From an uncultured Bacteroidales bacterium (GTDB lineage Bacteria; Bacteroidota; Bacteroidia; Bacteroidales; Muribaculaceae), in assembly GCA_947175245.1 (NCBI GenBank), contig CAMWLW010000001.1:36144-100143 (forward strand): a DNA stretch of 64,000 nucleotides. Reading direction: 5' to 3'. Position 1 is the first letter of the stretch. Every line of letters begins with the position of its first letter. The notes below the pieces were generated by a model that was not told the origin of the DNA, made no database searches, and saw nothing but the letters and a program-made list of their open reading frames with translations. Below, piece after piece: positions 62,574 through 64,000 of this stretch. Made by a program: the position numbers and the translations under genes.

Positions 62574-64000
62574 TTATTTCCATGCATCATTCTGATCACA
62601 CAGTGGGTTACCCTGAATCTCACCGTAAGGAATCGGGAAGATCTCATATTTCTTTGGGAAGATACGGTCATAGTCGTCAGCCTCGATAACTTCATAGCTG
62701 AATGTATTGCCGGTCTTCGTAACCTTCACGCCGTGAACACGCTTGCCGTTAAGAACCTCCTGTGAGATACCCCAGCGCATGATGTCGTCATAGCGGTGAC
62801 CCTCGAGACCGAGCTCGCAGATGCGCTCCTTCTGGAGATCAACGAGATAATCTTCCCAAGTCGATTTCTGAGGCTTGGCAGGCATGTTTACGCGTGTACG
62901 AATCACGTTGAGGTCGTTGTAGGCATCGCTCCACTTGTTAAGACGGGCTGAAGCCTCCGAGCGGATGAAGTAAATCTCGGCGAGACGCATTTCGATCCAG
63001 TGCTGGTCGCTGAGTTTGTTAGTGAAGTTATAAGCCTTATCACCGGTCTTTGAGCTCAGGAACTTGCGTACATAGTAACCTGTGGTACTCTTATGTGTGT
63101 TGTCCTGGCCAGAAGGAGCATAGGTCATGCACTGGTCTGAACCACCTTCCCAACACTGAATTTCGACACCCTTGAAGGTGCTGCCGTTGGCGAGAATCGA
63201 CTGGTAGAAACGCGGGTCGCGGTTCTTGTAAGGCTCGTTGCCATACTTGGCGAGATTGGCCCAGTCAAATGCTTCCCAGTTGTCACCTACCTTGATGTCA
63301 AACTGCGATGCATACTCCTCGGTGGGGGTAGCGGCTGCACCGAACTGATCCTTATAACCCAACGAAGCGGCAAAGCTGGGAGGACACATATAGGTGTCAT
63401 AGTTGTGCTGCTTCTTCTCAACCTCAAACAGCACCGGGATAATGATCTCGGGGTTGGCGGGATTGGTGTAGATGGCAGCGATGTCGCTTGACAGCGAGTA
63501 TTTCTTTGAGTCAATCACAGCGGTAGCAGCATCGTAGGCCACCTGATAACGGCCGGCGATAAGAGCGGCGCGGGCTTTCATTGCCATTGCGGCCATCTTG
63601 GTAACGCGACCGTAGTCACCTGCGGGCCATGACTCGGGAAGGTCGGCTATAGCCTTGTCATACTCGCCGAGAATGAAGTCCCAGGTCTCTTCCTTGGTGG
63701 CACGAGCCTTGGCATTTTCATTCTGGTCATCAACCTTATCCTCGCTTACACGGAGAACAACACCGCCGTGGAACTTGGCAAGCTCCTGATAGGCGAAAGC
63801 GCGCAGGAAGCGTACCTCGGCCACACGGGCAGCTGCATCTTCAGCCGGGAGGTGGCTTATACGGCCGGCCTTGGCGTCAACAAGGAAATAATTGAATTTA
63901 CGTATGTGTGAGTACATCGTGCCCCAGTTGCTGCGGGGATTGCTCTCGACAGTCATCGAGTTGACCTGGCTGAAGAACTTGTTCTGACCCTGGCCTACGT
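62574..64000 (-). CDS. SusD/RagB-family nutrient-binding protein, C-terminal ~475 codons; the 5' end lies outside the window
   Basis: The ORF track lists 62574..63956 from an internal Met. The frame stays open to the window edge (upstream codons read VGQGQNKFFSQVNS). SusD hallmarks: EVRFLRAFAYQELAKFHGG, AEIYFIRSEA, KERICELGLEGHRYDDIMRW. Confidence 0.85.
   Translation of the reverse strand, partial: VGQGQNKFFSQVNSMTVESNPRSNWGTMYSHIRKFNYFLVDAKAGRISHLPAEDAAARVAEVRFLRAFAYQELAKFHGGVVLRVSEDKVDDQNENAKARATKEETWDFILGEYDKAIADLPESWPAGDYGRVTKMAAMAMKARAALIAGRYQVAYDAATAVIDSKKYSLSSDIAAIYTNPANPEIIIPVLFEVEKKQHNYDTYMCPPSFAASLGYKDQFGAAATPTEEYASQFDIKVGDNWEAFDWANLAKYGNEPYKNRDPRFYQSILANGSTFKGVEIQCWEGGSDQCMTYAPSGQDNTHKSTTGYYVRKFLSSKTGDKAYNFTNKLSDQHWIEMRLAEIYFIRSEASARLNKWSDAYNDLNVIRTRVNMPAKPQKSTWEDYLVDLQKERICELGLEGHRYDDIMRWGISQEVLNGKRVHGVKVTKTGNTFSYEVIEADDYDRIFPKKYEIFPIPYGEIQGNPLCDQNDAWK

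Overview
This is a Bacteroidales-type chromosomal segment. The evidence is SusC/SusD pairs, lipoproteins with acidic residues after the lipid-anchor Cys, two proteins with T9SS C-terminal sorting domains, and -33 TTTG / -7 TAnnTTTG promoter boxes. G+C is high except for one AT-rich islet. There are three blocks. (i) 1-32.7 kb is a xylan/arabinoxylan utilisation locus. On the minus strand it runs GH5 (partial), GH43-CBM6, CE1-like esterase, a non-catalytic tandem-CBM T9SS cargo protein, the canonical Xus core (GH10 with inserted CBMs, XusE-like lipoprotein, SusD, SusC, SusD, SusC), two GH43 genes, a SASA-type acetylesterase and a hybrid two-component regulator. A GH115-xylA-xylB operon is transcribed divergently on the plus strand. 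(ii) 32.9-42.1 kb is housekeeping: a long NagB-PIG-L fusion, an AT-rich islet with a T9SS cargo gene of unknown function, then a tightly coupled dnaX-mscL-aroK-ald-like-rnhA-gluQ run. (iii) 42.2-64.0 kb is a second, all-minus-strand polysaccharide utilisation locus whose gene content I cannot match to any characterised PUL. It runs SusD (partial), an Ig-repeat lipoprotein, a SIS-domain protein, a DUF4855 protein with a degenerate GH16-like module, a ROK kinase, GH2, GH20, two large uncharacterised secreted proteins, a phosphodiester-glycosidase (NAGPA-like) lipoprotein, a second DUF4855 lipoprotein, and GH20 with a discoidin-like tail. This third block is my best candidate for an undescribed system, possibly catabolism of a phosphodiester-bridged HexNAc glycan. 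I recognised no rRNA, tRNA, CRISPR array, integrase or transposase. All functional calls rest on motif and architecture recognition by eye. No database search was possible.
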